Of a stretch of 64,000 nucleotides of DNA, positions 12,401 to 26,494 are shown in pieces. Below the pieces are notes generated by a model. The model did not search any database. It saw only the letters and a list, made by a program, of their open reading frames with translations, and was not told the DNA's origin. The position numbers and the translations under genes were made by a program. Within the stretch, counting starts at the first letter, position 1, and each line of letters starts with the position of its first letter. Source of the stretch: Phoronis australis (taxonomy: Eukaryota; Animalia; Phoronida); NCBI GenBank assembly GCA_002633005.1, contig NMRA01000018.1:180291-244290 (forward strand), in the 5' to 3' direction.

Positions 12401-13136
12401 ATCCACGACACTGATCACCTCACCAGTGTGACTTTATTATCTTAAAAACTTCCTGGACACTAGAAAGCATATTAAATGCCAAAGGTGCTTTCCCATTAGG
12501 NCTGGCTAAAACGTTAACCTCAGTGTGCTTGACTGGGACTGTCTCTTAGTGCACTTAGGCATCCACATAATTGCACATGTGTAAAAATGTTTTCGGATAT
12601 AATTTTAAACAGTTCAAAAAGGAAAAGCGGGAGGTCGTGGATCCCAACACAACAAGTTTGAGGGGGAAGCCACATAGCACTCCAGAAACTGCATGCCAAC
12701 ACCATTTAGTCGTTCCCTGATGAAACGGAACAGCAAAATGGGGGTAAATATATAGAAAGGCATAAAAGGAAATAGCCATAAGTCAACACAATGACAGGTG
12801 TATGTAAATATCATCACACCTGTTAAAAAGCAGGATACCTTCATGCTGTTGCAGGACGGAGGTTCAAGAAGTGGGACAGTTGGCAACTATGCATCCCAAC
12901 TCAGTCAAGTATGAAAAATATTAATTGTCAAGACATTCTAACAATAATCAATGGGCACGCGGTATCTCGTCAAAAACAACAATGGTCAGCAGGAGGTGCT
13001 ACAGCAGTCCAATCGGTGCTGGCCCTTCCCAACCATAAGTGCTTGTGCTAAGATCCATCAAAATCTGCAGGGCGTTTTTATTGATAACTGACAGACAAGA
13101 AAACCATGCCAAAAACTAAAATGATCAATCGGGAAC

Positions 13137-13347
13137 TGCTATGGTAAAATTTCACTAATTTAAGACACAATATTGCAGACAAGTACTTTTATTTTCCCAT
13201 TTTCCCACTGATATGTACAGTGTAATATCACCAATTTCGGACAAAAACAATCAGCCAAATTGATCAAAGGCTTCTATTATTGACAATAAATAAAATTTCA
13301 TTTGTCCACCATATTGTGTCCTAAACTGGTGAGATTTGACCACAGCA
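13137..13347. mobile_element. MITE with ~40-bp TIRs; relatives at ~28600-28680, ~28950 and 45829-46062
   Basis: tgctatggtaaaatttcactaatttaagacacaatat ... atattgtgtcctaaactggtgagatttgaccacagca. Confidence 0.65.
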
Positions 13348-14952
13348 CCAAATTATTGCTTTATAAATTCTGTGCCATAGCTACAATTGGACATTATTTT
13401 GAAAAATGTAGACATTCAAATCAATATTAGAAGAAGTCCTTAGAAAATGAACAATGTAATTTTGGCAACTATTTTTGTTCGAAATTAGTGAGATTTTATC
13501 TTACTTTATGCAGTGAACTCGATGTGGGACCAATGCATTCTTGCCACATATCCAGTTGAATTTCAACAAAATTTGTCAAGTCAATATCTTGTCCAAAAAT
13601 AAAATGTTCAACAGGGGTGCCACAGTGGAAAAAATGAGTCTCAAATTCTGTTAGTTTGCACACATTCCTGCCGTAAACCCTCATTGTGTCTAGTTTCATC
13701 AAAATCTGCCGAGCTGTTATAACAATGATCGACAAAGGAAAATCAGATCAAAAATTAAAAACAACAATTGCACAGGGGACTTCATTCGAAATGTGACTGG
13801 TGATGGTGCAGTCTCACCTCATAGCCCTCCATCAACTTTTGGCAAATTTCTTCAAGTCATTTAGCCAATAAGTAAATGAAAAGTAATTCGATGTCAAAAA
13901 TTAGAGAAGCCAACAGGAAGTGCCACAGTAATAAGTCAAAGTATGTCTGTCCACGCATTAAGTTTTAGCAAAATTCAAACCGTATGGGCAAAAATTGACA
14001 CAAAAGAGAATTTCTTAGAAACCACAATGGCTAACAGGGGTGTTTACCTATGGAGCCTAATTTTGGCATGATGACAGCTTTTTGAGACATATTTATAGGG
14101 TGGCTCAGGCCCATCCTAAATTCCACCTGTCAGGGTGACTTTAAACTATTAATAACTTACTGGGCAACTAAAAACAGAGGCATCTGTCAAGGTTATAAAG
14201 AAGCAGGGAAATGCTCGAAGCTATCTGCCATCCTACAGGTTTTCCACCAGGTTTGTCATTAATTCACCTTAATTGTACTATAAGCAACACAACTTGACTT
14301 TTTTATTTCATCACAAAGTCATCACAAAGTCATCAACACTGAATGGGATTGCCAGCTAGGAAATCGAAAAGTCCCCAATGAAAAATGTTGGTTTGCTGCT
14401 TAGTAATTTTGTAACAAAAACTTTGTCGTGTTATTGGGTCTTTGATGCACAAGATCTAGTAAATGTTTTTTAAAGAAAGATTCTACCCAGTGTGCAGTCA
14501 GTGGTGACCATTTATAAGTAAACCTTGAGGCGTTTAGCCAAGTTTCATTTATTGCGCAGGTGGTATTTTTGGGGTATGTCTAAGATACATAGGAATGTGA
14601 TCTGATGCAAGCATTAAGACATGATGTAGTGGGCTTTGCAGATCAACCAAGGAATCATTAAAATCTACAGTGAATTAATGCTCATTAGCCTATGCAGCGC
14701 CATATTTGAAAGCCGCCTCATTTCCAAACGTGTAACGTCGTGGAACTCTTTTGCTCTGTTTTCTTTAATAACCATACCGGTAAATTCAAATGAAAAATGG
14801 ATTAAATGGGAGTTCATTGTTTCAACATGAAGATTTATTGTCGCTCAACTCGATTTCAATTCCCATTTGAATTTTGTGGTCTAAAATTTAGCGAATAAGC
14901 ACTGTGTGGGTAATAGAGCCGCCCCAGATTACACAGCGATAGAACCCAGCGA

Positions 14953-15123
14953 TCAGAAAGCGCGTGACCTCATTTTGTAAATCAGGCAAATTTTCGTGTC
15001 TGTCATTGATGTCGGGAAGACAAAGAAATTCAGATTACACATCCACGGGTATTTGTCCAATTTATCAAGCTTTCTCACATCACAGTTGCAGCCAACAGCA
15101 CAGCAGTAATACTTCGTTGGCAT
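14953..15123 (-). pseudogene. Truncated THAP-domain ORF of a DNA transposon remnant
   Basis: MPTKYYCCAVGCN...KYPWM..LNFFVFP matches the THAP N-terminal C-x2-4-C and F(F/H)xFP motifs; the W and CxxHF motifs are lost. Upstream 15175-15290 is similar to 2495-2597. Confidence 0.6.
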
Positions 15124-16726
15124 TGGAAGGACGCAGAGTAACGCAACCGAGAAAAACTTGAAAAGAATCAGACAACAACAAATAACATGTGAAACTCCAG
15201 TGGCACGAAAACAAGGCAATAAATGTGCCTGATGGATATTTACGGCATTGTGGGTAAATACAGCAAGATTCAAGAGTCACTGTGTAATCCGGGAATTGGT
15301 CTTATTCAAACATTCGCACAAATGAAGGTTCAAATGTCTGTTTCTAATTCCCAGTCACAAGAAAATTTCTCCCCATTGTTTGTTAATATTGTTATAAATT
15401 ATTCACCAAGTGTGACCATTGGGGTAGCTCAAATCAACAGGACCAGCCCAAACTTCTAAACCTAAGGTTCCCAAGAAATCTAAATTTGACGACCAATGCA
15501 GAATTGTCGTAAAATTCTTGTTTCCATAGATATGAACTGTGCAAATTATTAAGATTTGACTTCTGTGAGTGTACAGAAGTATACAATCACTGAAAACAAA
15601 CTGTACACCCAGTATATATCACCTAGCAAAATTTAACAAAGTACAACTAATTTGAGTCATAAGTTTTGATTTAGACCATGAACATCCGTGAAATTGGTCT
15701 AACTTATTCCTTATTCAAATTAGTTTTGATAAGGCTTGGAAAGAGCTGACAGGTTACACTTGCTAGAGACCAGGCGGCTTCTTTTTACTACAATTATTTT
15801 GTTCACAGTGCATGGTCTAAAGCAATAATTATCAGTAATCTTTCCAAATCCAAAAAACATTTTATTATGAGGAACAAGTTAAAACCAAATTTATATTGGT
15901 GGTCTAAATCAAAAGTTTAATTTTTTGACAAACTGAGGGTTTACAGCAACTTTAATAAAATCTAACATTTTAATGATCACCTAACTTCAATTTTACAAAG
16001 AAAAGGAAATTGGAATGTTCAATTGGATTTTAAAAATAACCATGACCATTAATACTGCCTAAAGCGCAACTTGTACAAGGTAAGTACCAGTAAATGTTTC
16101 TATATCTAATAAAGAGACATGTGCACTTGATTATCGGAGGTCCAATTTCATGAGAATTTCCGGTTATTTTCAAGTTATTTAAAAACAGCAACATTTCGCT
16201 CAGAACCTCGTTATAAAAATCAAAAACCTTTTTGTAGTTTAATACAAGCCATACCGCTTGTCCACAATCAGGGTGATTTTGGGCACCAAATTGACCATTT
16301 TTTTTAATTTGATGTAGGCACACCAGCACATTATAAATTTGTAACTTTGAACAGCCTAAACAGTTTGTGAGCACTTGTTTTGAGCATCCGAACCCAATAT
16401 TGTGAGAATAATCAACTATTTAAGTGATATTACAAATGTACTGGCATCTAAAGATGCTACAAAACAAGTATTTACTCAGATTTCTTGATCTCAAACAAGA
16501 TAAAGTCTAGGTATTTTATTACAACTGCAACATTCATACACAAACTTTATACCATGGTTAAACATTGCTGCCATGCAGTATCCTTGGTTAAGTCTATGGA
16601 CGCTAAAAATGTCTATGGACACTACCTTCATGGATGGTAGTGCTTATTGTCAACTCCAGAGATATAGTTACGATTAACTGACTTGTGTGAATAAAGTAGG
16701 TACAGAAGCATATTCCATAAGATAAA

Positions 16727-16860
16727 ACACTGAGTAACAGCAACTGGTAGTTAACGTGTTTAGAGAGATCAACACTGAGTAACAGCAACTGGTAGTTAAG
16801 GTGTTTAGAGAGATCAACACTGAGTAACAGCAACTGATAGTTAAGGTGTTTAGAGAGATC
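16727..16860 (+). repeat. Minisatellite, 3 x 45 bp
   Basis: Unit acactgagtaacagcaactggtagttaaggtgtttagagagatca at 16727, 16772 and 16817. Confidence 0.95.
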
Positions 16861-17487
16861 TATCAACAACGCTACATGTTTGGAAGGGACATTTAAGTCC
16901 ATATTTCATGTGTTAAAAAACACATTTTAGAGTCAGCGCTCAGGGTGTATTTCAATTATTCCATCTTTATATGTGACAAACACTATCAGAAAGCAAACTT
17001 TAAGAATTCCTAGGGTTCCAAATACTACTTTATTGTGGTATGAACTAAAAACAAATTGTAAAATATATAACGAAAAACAGCGTTGGTTCAGCATGCAGTA
17101 TCTTTGGTTCCAGCCATCATATTACCCTTGGGTTTTGTGCAATGAGAGATATAGATGATTATCTGCAAGAATTAAGCATTATACACTGCTCCGTTTTTCA
17201 ATTAGCAAACTCAAGACTACTGAAACTTCCTGATCCTCAATGTTTGAGCAGATATATAATTCAGCAACACAGCCCAAACTGTTTTTTCTTGTTTCACCAG
17301 CAGCATCACTAAAGTCCCACTCAAAAATGGTTGTCAGTTCTGATAAGCATGTCAGCACTTGGGTTGTGTTATTTTCTACAACTTGACAGATTCCTGAGAT
17401 AACGTCTATTTCAGTAGCTCTTACAGTACATGTCTCAGTTTGGCTGATAATTGTAAACACCCTGTTAACTTCCACCAAACACCAGTC

Positions 17488-17970
17488 TAGACAGTACCAC
17501 CTCTCAAGTGCCAAGTAGAGATGGTGGCCATCCTATATAGGGCCTTCTGGACACCAACAGCTTTTCAGTGAATTATGCATCGCATTCATTGAACCATCTA
17601 AGTCATGTTGCTAAGCGTACTTTTTGCGCATAGAGGGACACCTTAGGAGGCCATTGATATCTTTAACTCTTCCCAGCTCGAGCAAATACTCTCACAATCA
17701 AACTTTTTTTCAAACAGTCCTTCGTTCAGTAGAGTCACCCAAAACGGCAACTGGCCCCATTTGCACTGCTCGCCCCAGAGGACGTGGGAAGAGTTAAAGA
17801 CAACGATTTCCCAAGGTGTGCCTCTATGCGCAAAAGGTACTAACAGCAACTGGACTTTGATGGTTTGATCAATGTGAGGTGTGATTCACCAAAAAACTTC
17901 CGCCAAATGGAAGGCCTAATTGGGATGGACACCATCTCTACTGGTCCAGCTGAGACGGTGGTACTGTCTA
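17488..17970. mobile_element. Mutator-like foldback MITE with a 9-bp TSD
   Basis: TIRs tagacagtaccacc...ggtggtactgtcta extend imperfectly ~170 bp inward. Perfect direct repeat acaccagtc at 17479-17487 and 17971-17979. Confidence 0.85.
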
Positions 17971-20900
17971 ACACCAGTCATGATTCAAAAACACATTTAA
18001 GCTTTAAATAACTGCATTTCTCCCTAAGTAACAAAAATCAAATTAATTCCTTTTAATCTGATAGAATAGGTCTCATAGGATAACCATGATAGGTTTCTAA
18101 TGCAGCAGTTACCAACAAAAGCATCAAAACCTTCAGCGACTCAGTAAAACACTCCACAATTTACTTTGCATGACCATTACCCTGAAACTGCAAATTTGAA
18201 AATGACGCATCATAGGGTGATGAATGGGCTCAAGTGGGTCCATATCCGCCTTTTCCCTTTGTTTTAGTGATAGCAAATCTAGAATTTCCAAACTGTTGAC
18301 CTGGACCCTACTTTTTAAAAGAATCCTTGATCTGACTCCCTTTTAAAAAATCCTGGATCCTTCTGTGCATGTGCATATTGCCTGACTAAACTTGAGGTGA
18401 CCATCGGAATAGATTTCTATGGTCAGGAATGAGAATACCAAGGTGGTTCATAACAGAGAAAAACTGGATACCTAAGTTCCAAGAACTAGACTTGGCTTTC
18501 ACCATATAATCACTCCATATAGCATTCAATACATTTTAGACTCCAAAGACATTAGGTATGCATTAATAAATCATAACATCGACATTTTTGCCTTTTAAAA
18601 CTTAAGTGGTAGCAAAAAGGTTGACTGGTGGTAATCAAATTAACATAAAACCATGGTTTGTCAATGCCAGCATTTCTAATTAAGAAAGATGGTCATCACC
18701 CACTAACTCTATTAACAGATGAAGGAAGCTAAATGAACTTTATGAACAGTAAATGCCAATGGTGAGAAGTATTCCCAGCCTGCAACCCTGATTGACAATC
18801 CTGTTTCAGTACTTGAGGTGCTGGAAAGGACCCTCAGTTTACTGTCAAAATGGACAGAGAATCAAAAGGAATCATTTGTGAATAAGGGTTCCTATGTGAC
18901 ATGGACACATCATTATGGATTTCTACAAAACGTACTGTTCAGTGTTCTACTTAAATAGCATGGCTATTTATAAATTTTTAATTCCTAATTAACAGATTCA
19001 GGAACATCAATGCACCAAAATCTGGTTTAAAGATTAGAACTGAGTATGTGGACAATGAAATAATGTCAAAAACGTCAAAAAAATTTACCAAGTTCAAGGA
19101 AATCGTAAATATTTAATTATCAGACTTCTCCTGATTGATGCCCATACTCAACATACCACCCACTCGATTGTCTACTATGGTGAATCCTTAGATTCAGCCA
19201 CCTCACAACTTACTGCTGCAATAAAGATCCAACAATGGCTCACCTAAGAAGTAAAGGAAAGCCACGGTCATCCACATTAAAGCCTGACGAGATCTAAAGA
19301 CTGGGCAAGCTTAGAATCCAATTTCCTCCAGCCTTTGTTTTTCATCATCATTATTAGATCCGTTGTGGGTGCTCATCCGTAAGAAGATGATACTTGGCCC
19401 TGGTGATCTCCCCCAGGTAGACCTACCTATGAGTATTTTATAATGACCAGGACTTCCCTTAGTGCCTGTATCTATTATGAACACCCGAACCTTGTCTTCA
19501 CTGGGCGGCAGAAATAATAAAAGACAACTTCTACGCCAACGTTTGGGGTTTTGTTATCCCAACGCTTATGTGAGCCTAAGCCAGACTGTGACTAACGCAT
19601 CCTAACTGATTCACAAACAAATACTCGTGGCTAAGCCACGCTACTGAAAAAAAGCTATTCCTAATTTTCTTATAATGCATCAATTTTAAAAATTTAAAGA
19701 CGGCTACTATTTAATTTTCAAGTTTAAAAATGAAATAATAAGATAAAACATCTGGTTTATTTAAAAACTCAATGCATTTGTAAGGGGTTTGCATCGAATT
19801 TTGATGATTTATTGGTGTAAAGCGATGAAGTCAAGGCATAACCTAACATGAGTAAGCATGTTGTGAACTGCTGAACAGATTTTGTTAGAACATATGATGT
19901 CATTGGTTAATTTCAGCACCTCCGTCTGCTGTTTGGTGTCAGGTAAAAGAACTGAACTTGCTGTTATCGAGTGGAACTACTCGATCTAAATAGGTGGCAT
20001 TCTCCTTTAAGGATATCACAAACCTCATTCACAATATTTCACATAATGTCTAAGCAAAATACCTTATCTTCATTCTTGGGGAACTTCAAATATAAAATAC
20101 ATATGGGGTAGCGAGAGAAAAAAGATTTAGCAGAACAACCTTGGAACCGTACAAACACGTGGAAATTTGCTTGCCAGGTACGCAAGGTCAAAGGTTACAG
20201 GGCTGTCACTCAAACTGAATCTCCATCTCCACCAGAAATACAGCAGCTCCTTTCATTCACCCAGTCACCATAATACTGAGTAAATGAGGTGAACATTTGA
20301 TATACAAATTCCGGGGAAAAAGAAGACAAAACGTAGTTTTGATCCTGAGGGAGTTGGGCGTCTGCATGCATACGGCCGCTGCGAACGAATGCTGCAAGTT
20401 TCCGTACGCCAATGTGACTTTGTGTTCAAGAACATAGCAAGTTGTGGAAAGAGATAAATCCTCACCCAAATCCATTGATTTTATTGGTAATTTGACATTT
20501 TGCTGTTTCAATCATATGCTCACAATATGCTTTGTTATCTCTGACTCAATTTCTGCTGTCCAATTTGTACTTGGTTTCATATCAGTCTCCAAGTGCAAGG
20601 TGTACATAACAACGAACTGTTGACCTACTTTTAAGTAGGTCAACTGTTGACCCCGATTGTCGGACTGTGGACTGTCACAAAATTAAAACCTTTTACCGAT
20701 AACTAAGTTCATTACTCACTGAAAGTTCAGTTGACATTGCAAGTGAATGTTGAAATAGTGAACACGGTTAAGGCATGTATAGTTTATATTGACCGCAAAC
20801 AAGTTTTCACCTACTCAATCGGCTTTTTCTCAGCTTTGGCAAATTCAACTTAATTTGAAATTTGGAACACCAGTTCTTGAAAACATCTGCATGGATTTTG

Positions 20901-23900
20901 CTGAAAGTTTCGAAACTTAATATTTATTCATCAATCCCAAAAACACTGCTAGGATTTTCAAAATAAAGGCTTAGATTTCGCGTAACATAAACAAATACGA
21001 CCATTTTTACAAAAACACCTTACCTTTCGCAAGTTGATTTGTCAAAGAAACCAAACTAAGAGACTAATCGAAAATTCCTAACAGCTGTTTTGAGGTAACT
21101 GGTGAAGTTTTCATTAAATAAGGTTTCATTAAAATCGATCGAGGTGTTATTTTGGCATAATATACTTTACTTAAAAATGAAATTTTGATTTTAAAAGCTG
21201 AATGTAATAATAATAACGGCACATCAATGCAAAATATAATTTTATAATCCCTGATCTTTTTTCTTTCAGAAAATATTTTCTTTTACTAATTAAAAAAGCC
21301 TGTTTATTGATATACGAGTTAGAATGGAGGCCATTAAATAATGTTTGAGATAGCCTCAAGTAACCAGGACAATTACGCCAATACCCAGTACTAGTAATTT
21401 AGAAACTCATGTTCAAAGTATGAGATGACATGGCAGTCATGGGGGTTACAGACAACTGATGATCCCGAAAATACAGAGTACGTGTTAAATACCTTTAAGC
21501 TACCATCCTAATCAGATTGTTTCCAGGCGACAAAGTTTTACCTAGGCCTCCGATCATCATTCACATGGCACTAATTTAATAGAGCATTACGAACTGGGTT
21601 GCAATCAGCGATTTTTTAACTGCTTTTGCAAATTTCTACGAAATAAGCATTTGAAAACCCAAGGTATTATTTAAGGGGCAGTCTGAAGCCACAAGTGAAA
21701 GGTTACCTGTATAAATCCTATGCATGAATACTGTAAGAGGTAGGTAACAGGATTTTCTTTTCATGTGTAATATACCTGACCCATGGTATCAAAGAGAAAC
21801 ACTTTAGCATTATAATGGTAAGAACTTTGAACAAAAATTAAGGCTTTATCATCTTAAAGAATCTTAAGGTAATAGGATACCTTCATTACTATGGATCAAA
21901 TTTCTTTAATAGCTTTTAAAGTATTAATAGTAGACCGATAAAACTATATATTATCCTCGAAAATCACAGAGTCATGCCAAGTTGTTCGCAGTCATGTGAC
22001 TGTGTTTTTCCAAATCATGATTTTTCAGATATCGCTGTAATTTCTACAAACATAAATTTTTCACACAAAACTTAGAAATTCTGTTTCCTTATTGCATTAG
22101 CTGCACAAGTGGGTCAGATTACCGTTCCTTTTACTTGCCCAAAAACTCCCGATGTCAATGAAAACATCAACATTCTTTGAAAAAAACTAGATTTCTGAAA
22201 GCAAAGCTCATTGGCAAAAAGGCTTCGATAATCCTAGGCAAACCTTTATAGCTAATAGAATAAATAAACAGATTTGCAAGTAATTAGTTTCGAGTGAAAT
22301 AGCTACAACTGTGGAAGGAATGGCAATCTGCAAAACATACATTTTTTTTAGAAAAAACGCAATCAAGTGATTACGGAAATCTGAGCATTGCTCTTGCATG
22401 CAAATAAGATTCTGTGATCATCAAGGATTTTAAAAATAGTTTTATGGCTGTGCTATGAATATTTAAAAGGTTACTTGAAAAATTTTATCCTTGGTCATGA
22501 AAGCATCCTATTACCACAACCATACAAATATGCATCATATCCTTTCATCAAATATCACCTCTTATCATCATTTCCACAACATGGTGTTTATTGTACCCCA
22601 GGGATCATTTTAGAAAAAATTTAGCTATGCGTGAACGGACCCACAAGGCCTCAAATCTATGGGATAATTTGGAGGCTCAGAGTCACGTCAGTATTTTCTG
22701 ACCTTTTTTGATTTGATTCCATCGGGAAGGCAGCATTTTAATGTGTGATTTTGTCTGCTGCCTGAGTGAGTGCATTATGTGATTGATCTAAATGGTTATC
22801 TTCATTTTATTAATCCAACAGTTGGGATAAGTATTTTCACAATATTCTAGACCTCACATTGTGTAATATTGTTTTGGTCAGTCACAGGTCTTGGTCAGTT
22901 GCTCTACATTGTCATTTTATTTGAATATGAACGCAATGTGTTTTATTCAGGACAAACTAAAGTACGATTGCGACATAATTTTAAAGCGTCCCTAATAGCC
23001 TCAATTAAATAATCACAGCATATTAATGAACATTATTATTCACCAATACCCTACAGCATGCACCTAAAATTATCCCAGCACCCAATAATCACACTGACAG
23101 AGTCAAGTCCAGATACGAAAAAGTCGAAAAAATACAATTACAGATCAGAACAGTTTTGAATACTAATGCAGGCGCAATTCTTACCACCTGTTTTTTTACA
23201 ATACACTCTCTATTTCAGCAGTACACAATAACTGTACTCAAAGTACCAGGAATTGTTTCTCGTCTCCCAAAAATAACAGTTGACTTGCCCATAGAAATAC
23301 AGACAAGATAATCTTTAGGAAACCACACTAAATATGCTTTTGGGTGCAACATATGCGCCGTCATAAAGAGTTTAATAAATGAAAGACTTGCCTTGGGACA
23401 TACAATTAGCAGTTTTTACAAATCTTCAACCATCAGGGAAATAAAACACATTCCGCAAGCAATCCCAGAGGACCGATATCTGTTCTGCTTCAATTAATTC
23501 CATACCCAGTGTATACAAACCATCCTTACTTAATGTACATGTAAGCAATCACTCATGACAGTCACTAGTGGATAATATAACTGAAGAATAATGAATAAAA
23601 AAATCGTTGGNNNNNNNNNNNNNNNNNNNNNNNNNNNNNNNNNNNNNNNNNNNNNNNNNNNNNNNNNNNNNNNNNNNNNNNNNNNNNNNNNNNNNNNNNN
23701 NNNNNNNNNNNNNNNNNNNNNNNNNNNNNNNNNNNNNNNNNNNNNNNNNNNNNNNNNNAAGGTTAGTGTAGTCTGGTGTTTATTCAGCTTCCTGTTCAGT
23801 TTTACATGTGTCCTTGCTGAGAAAAGGAGAGAAATTTGTTGAGAGAAATTTGTCATCAAGTGATGCAATAATTAATTTCCATTTCCATTGGCTACCGAAG

Positions 23901-26494
23901 GTAATCAGCTTAAAGGAGGTAGCTCAACTTGCAGGCACGCATGCCGTATGTGACACGTGACTGAACTTTTCATAACCCCATTCCCTATAAAAAAGGTGTT
24001 TTTCTGACTTAATTCTCAATGACAGGATTCACTTTTTGGTTCAGAAATGTCCAAAATTTCTACTGTTGCAACATTACTCTACAGAAGGGTTTCACATTTC
24101 ACTGAGGCTTGTGAAGTTAAAATAATACTACATGGAGGTTTTTGATTAAATTTTTATTTAATAAATAAGAATTTTGTAAGGTTCAAAACCACACAAAGAT
24201 TATAGGGGAAAACCCTCAACATAAGGGTGACCTTTCATAGAGGCTCCATCATATGGCTCCCTTTTTTGAAATTCTCTAAAAGAGTTGGATTTCATCTTGT
24301 TGACTTCAAAAGGGTCAGTATGTTACTTTCCCAGTGGCACACTTCATCATACATAAAGTCTAGTACCCCCAGGATCGTGCCTGAGCATTTGGCAGATGTC
24401 CACAAAATACCAGGTTTTGTTGTTGTGTTCTCTTGTTATCTTCAATTCCATATCCATAACTAAGTTACTTTGTAAAACAGTACCAACTCAGAATACCATG
24501 ACATTACCACTTACACCATTCCATTTCTTCAATGGCTTATTTAACTTGCAAAACTATACTTTCAAATCTCACTACAGGTCATTTATTAGCTGCCTTAGAA
24601 TCAGACATTACACAAGTGGAATACTCCAACATCAAGAAAGACAAGCAAAAACTTTTGATTACCCATGTGTATTACTATTATTAAAGGTTTGGTGGTCTTC
24701 TTAACTTACAATGTTTCTTTGTTCAACTCACATCCAGGGATGAGATGGGTACTGTGTCAATACACACCTTCCTTTTACATAAAGCAAGGCTATTCATGGG
24801 CTTCACTGGCACTCAGTAAAAATGGCTTTTAGGACTTGGCACAATACAGTTAACTGTTAACAAAATCCCACAATGGGACTTGCTAGATACAATTAACTAT
24901 CATCAAATTCAAACAAAAAGAATTGTCAAAATTGTCACTTTTCCGTTTTTCAAAAGCTCACTGCATTGTTAATAACGCTCAAATTTCATCATGCATTCGT
25001 CGATTACAGTTGCACTGCGCAAATAATGATGATTTTCTTCCTGCTTACTTATTTTGAAATTTTTGATGAAATAAAGTTTCACCGTTCCGCACATCATGTT
25101 GTAAAGTGAAGAAACCATGCTGTAACCTTGCTGTACAAAGCCTTCACAACAACTGCAGTTTAACAGCATATTGCTTTGGTATTTTGTGGTTCTCCAGAAA
25201 AACACAGCCAAGTCTAGAACAGAAATAACTTGACAACCGATGTACACTTTTTTTATTGCCTAGTCACAACTGTCAGTCATCAATTTCACAACCTGTTAGT
25301 TTTTACAGTAGGTTGATGCTATTTCAGATAAGACAGTAGAGGAATTACAACTGTAAGACTACAGGGGTTCTAATCAAGTGTACACTTTTTGTCATTTATC
25401 AATATCAAGCAGATTACCCGAAACTAAAGGTGTCTAGTTCACATTTTCATGACTGGGTGAATTTTAATGAGGCTACTCAAAACTACTTCAACAAAGCTCT
25501 GTAACAGTATAATATATTATTATATAACAAAGTGCCTCCTGTCCAAAATCCAATAGTCAATATGGTAAATAGGTTAGCTGTTTTCTTCTCCATTGACCTT
25601 GTCTTCTCACAAATTCATTCACTATTGTTCTGTGCTGGACTTCTCAGTAAACAAGGTTGCCAGTAGCCACCTGAGATTTACACTATTGCATAGGTCTGTC
25701 AAATATAGCACGCCTAGGGAATTGACCAAGAGGTGGCTTGGGCCAGTGCATCCTTGCATCCTTACAGGGTGTGCATGTAACATTAATCCCACGGGTACTC
25801 CCATAGAAGTCGTTTACAGGAGGGCGACTATTTCAGCACTAGATCCTCTACGAAAGGACACCTTATTAGGCAAAATTCCCTATGAAAAGGTGCCTTTTCT
25901 ATCAAAAGTCCATACAAAAGGGTACCTTTTTGGCAAAATTCCTTCAGAAAAGATGCCTTTTCTGGTAGAATTCCTTATGAAAGAGCGCCTTTTCCTACAC
26001 AATTATCTGCAAGTAGGTACTTTTATATGAGTTTGACAGTCTACAAAAGGTTCCTTTACTCAGCTACACAAATCTACAGAAGTCCTTTCAATATTACCTG
26101 TAATAAACTATTGTGGCATATATCTGACAACACAGAATCCATGCTATGAACATTCCCACTAAATAAGATTGGTCCTAACCCCAGTGGTTAAGGCAAACGG
26201 TGGGGTATGGAAAATTGAAGTAGACCGTATTTATCCACCTTGGCTGAGTCGCGCTCGGCTCACGATCAAAGGGATGCCGCCAAGTTGCTCTAGTCATCGA
26301 GGCACGAGCGAGGATAATTGGCTTCGCTCATGCGGATATGATCAGCTGATTACAATCTAGCTAGCAGACTGTACTTTTTATGGAGAGAGTTTTACGTAGT
26401 TTTTACTGTAATATTTGAAAAGAGGAGCGAAAACAAATATGAGTACAACTTTGAATTTTTCAAATCGGCCCAGGATAAGAGATTTTGCAACACA

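Noticed and set aside
16603-16902. ORF with a 15-aa repeat, or a CRISPR-like array
   Set aside because: Plain 45-bp minisatellite with no unique spacers; eukaryotic context.
21455-21480. CTGATGA...GAAA hammerhead-like core
   Set aside because: No stem II or flanking helices can form.
25593-26030. 145-aa ORF with 11-aa periodicity (also 27649-27993)
   Set aside because: Reflects the 33-bp periodic interspersed repeat; no splice or protein-family support.
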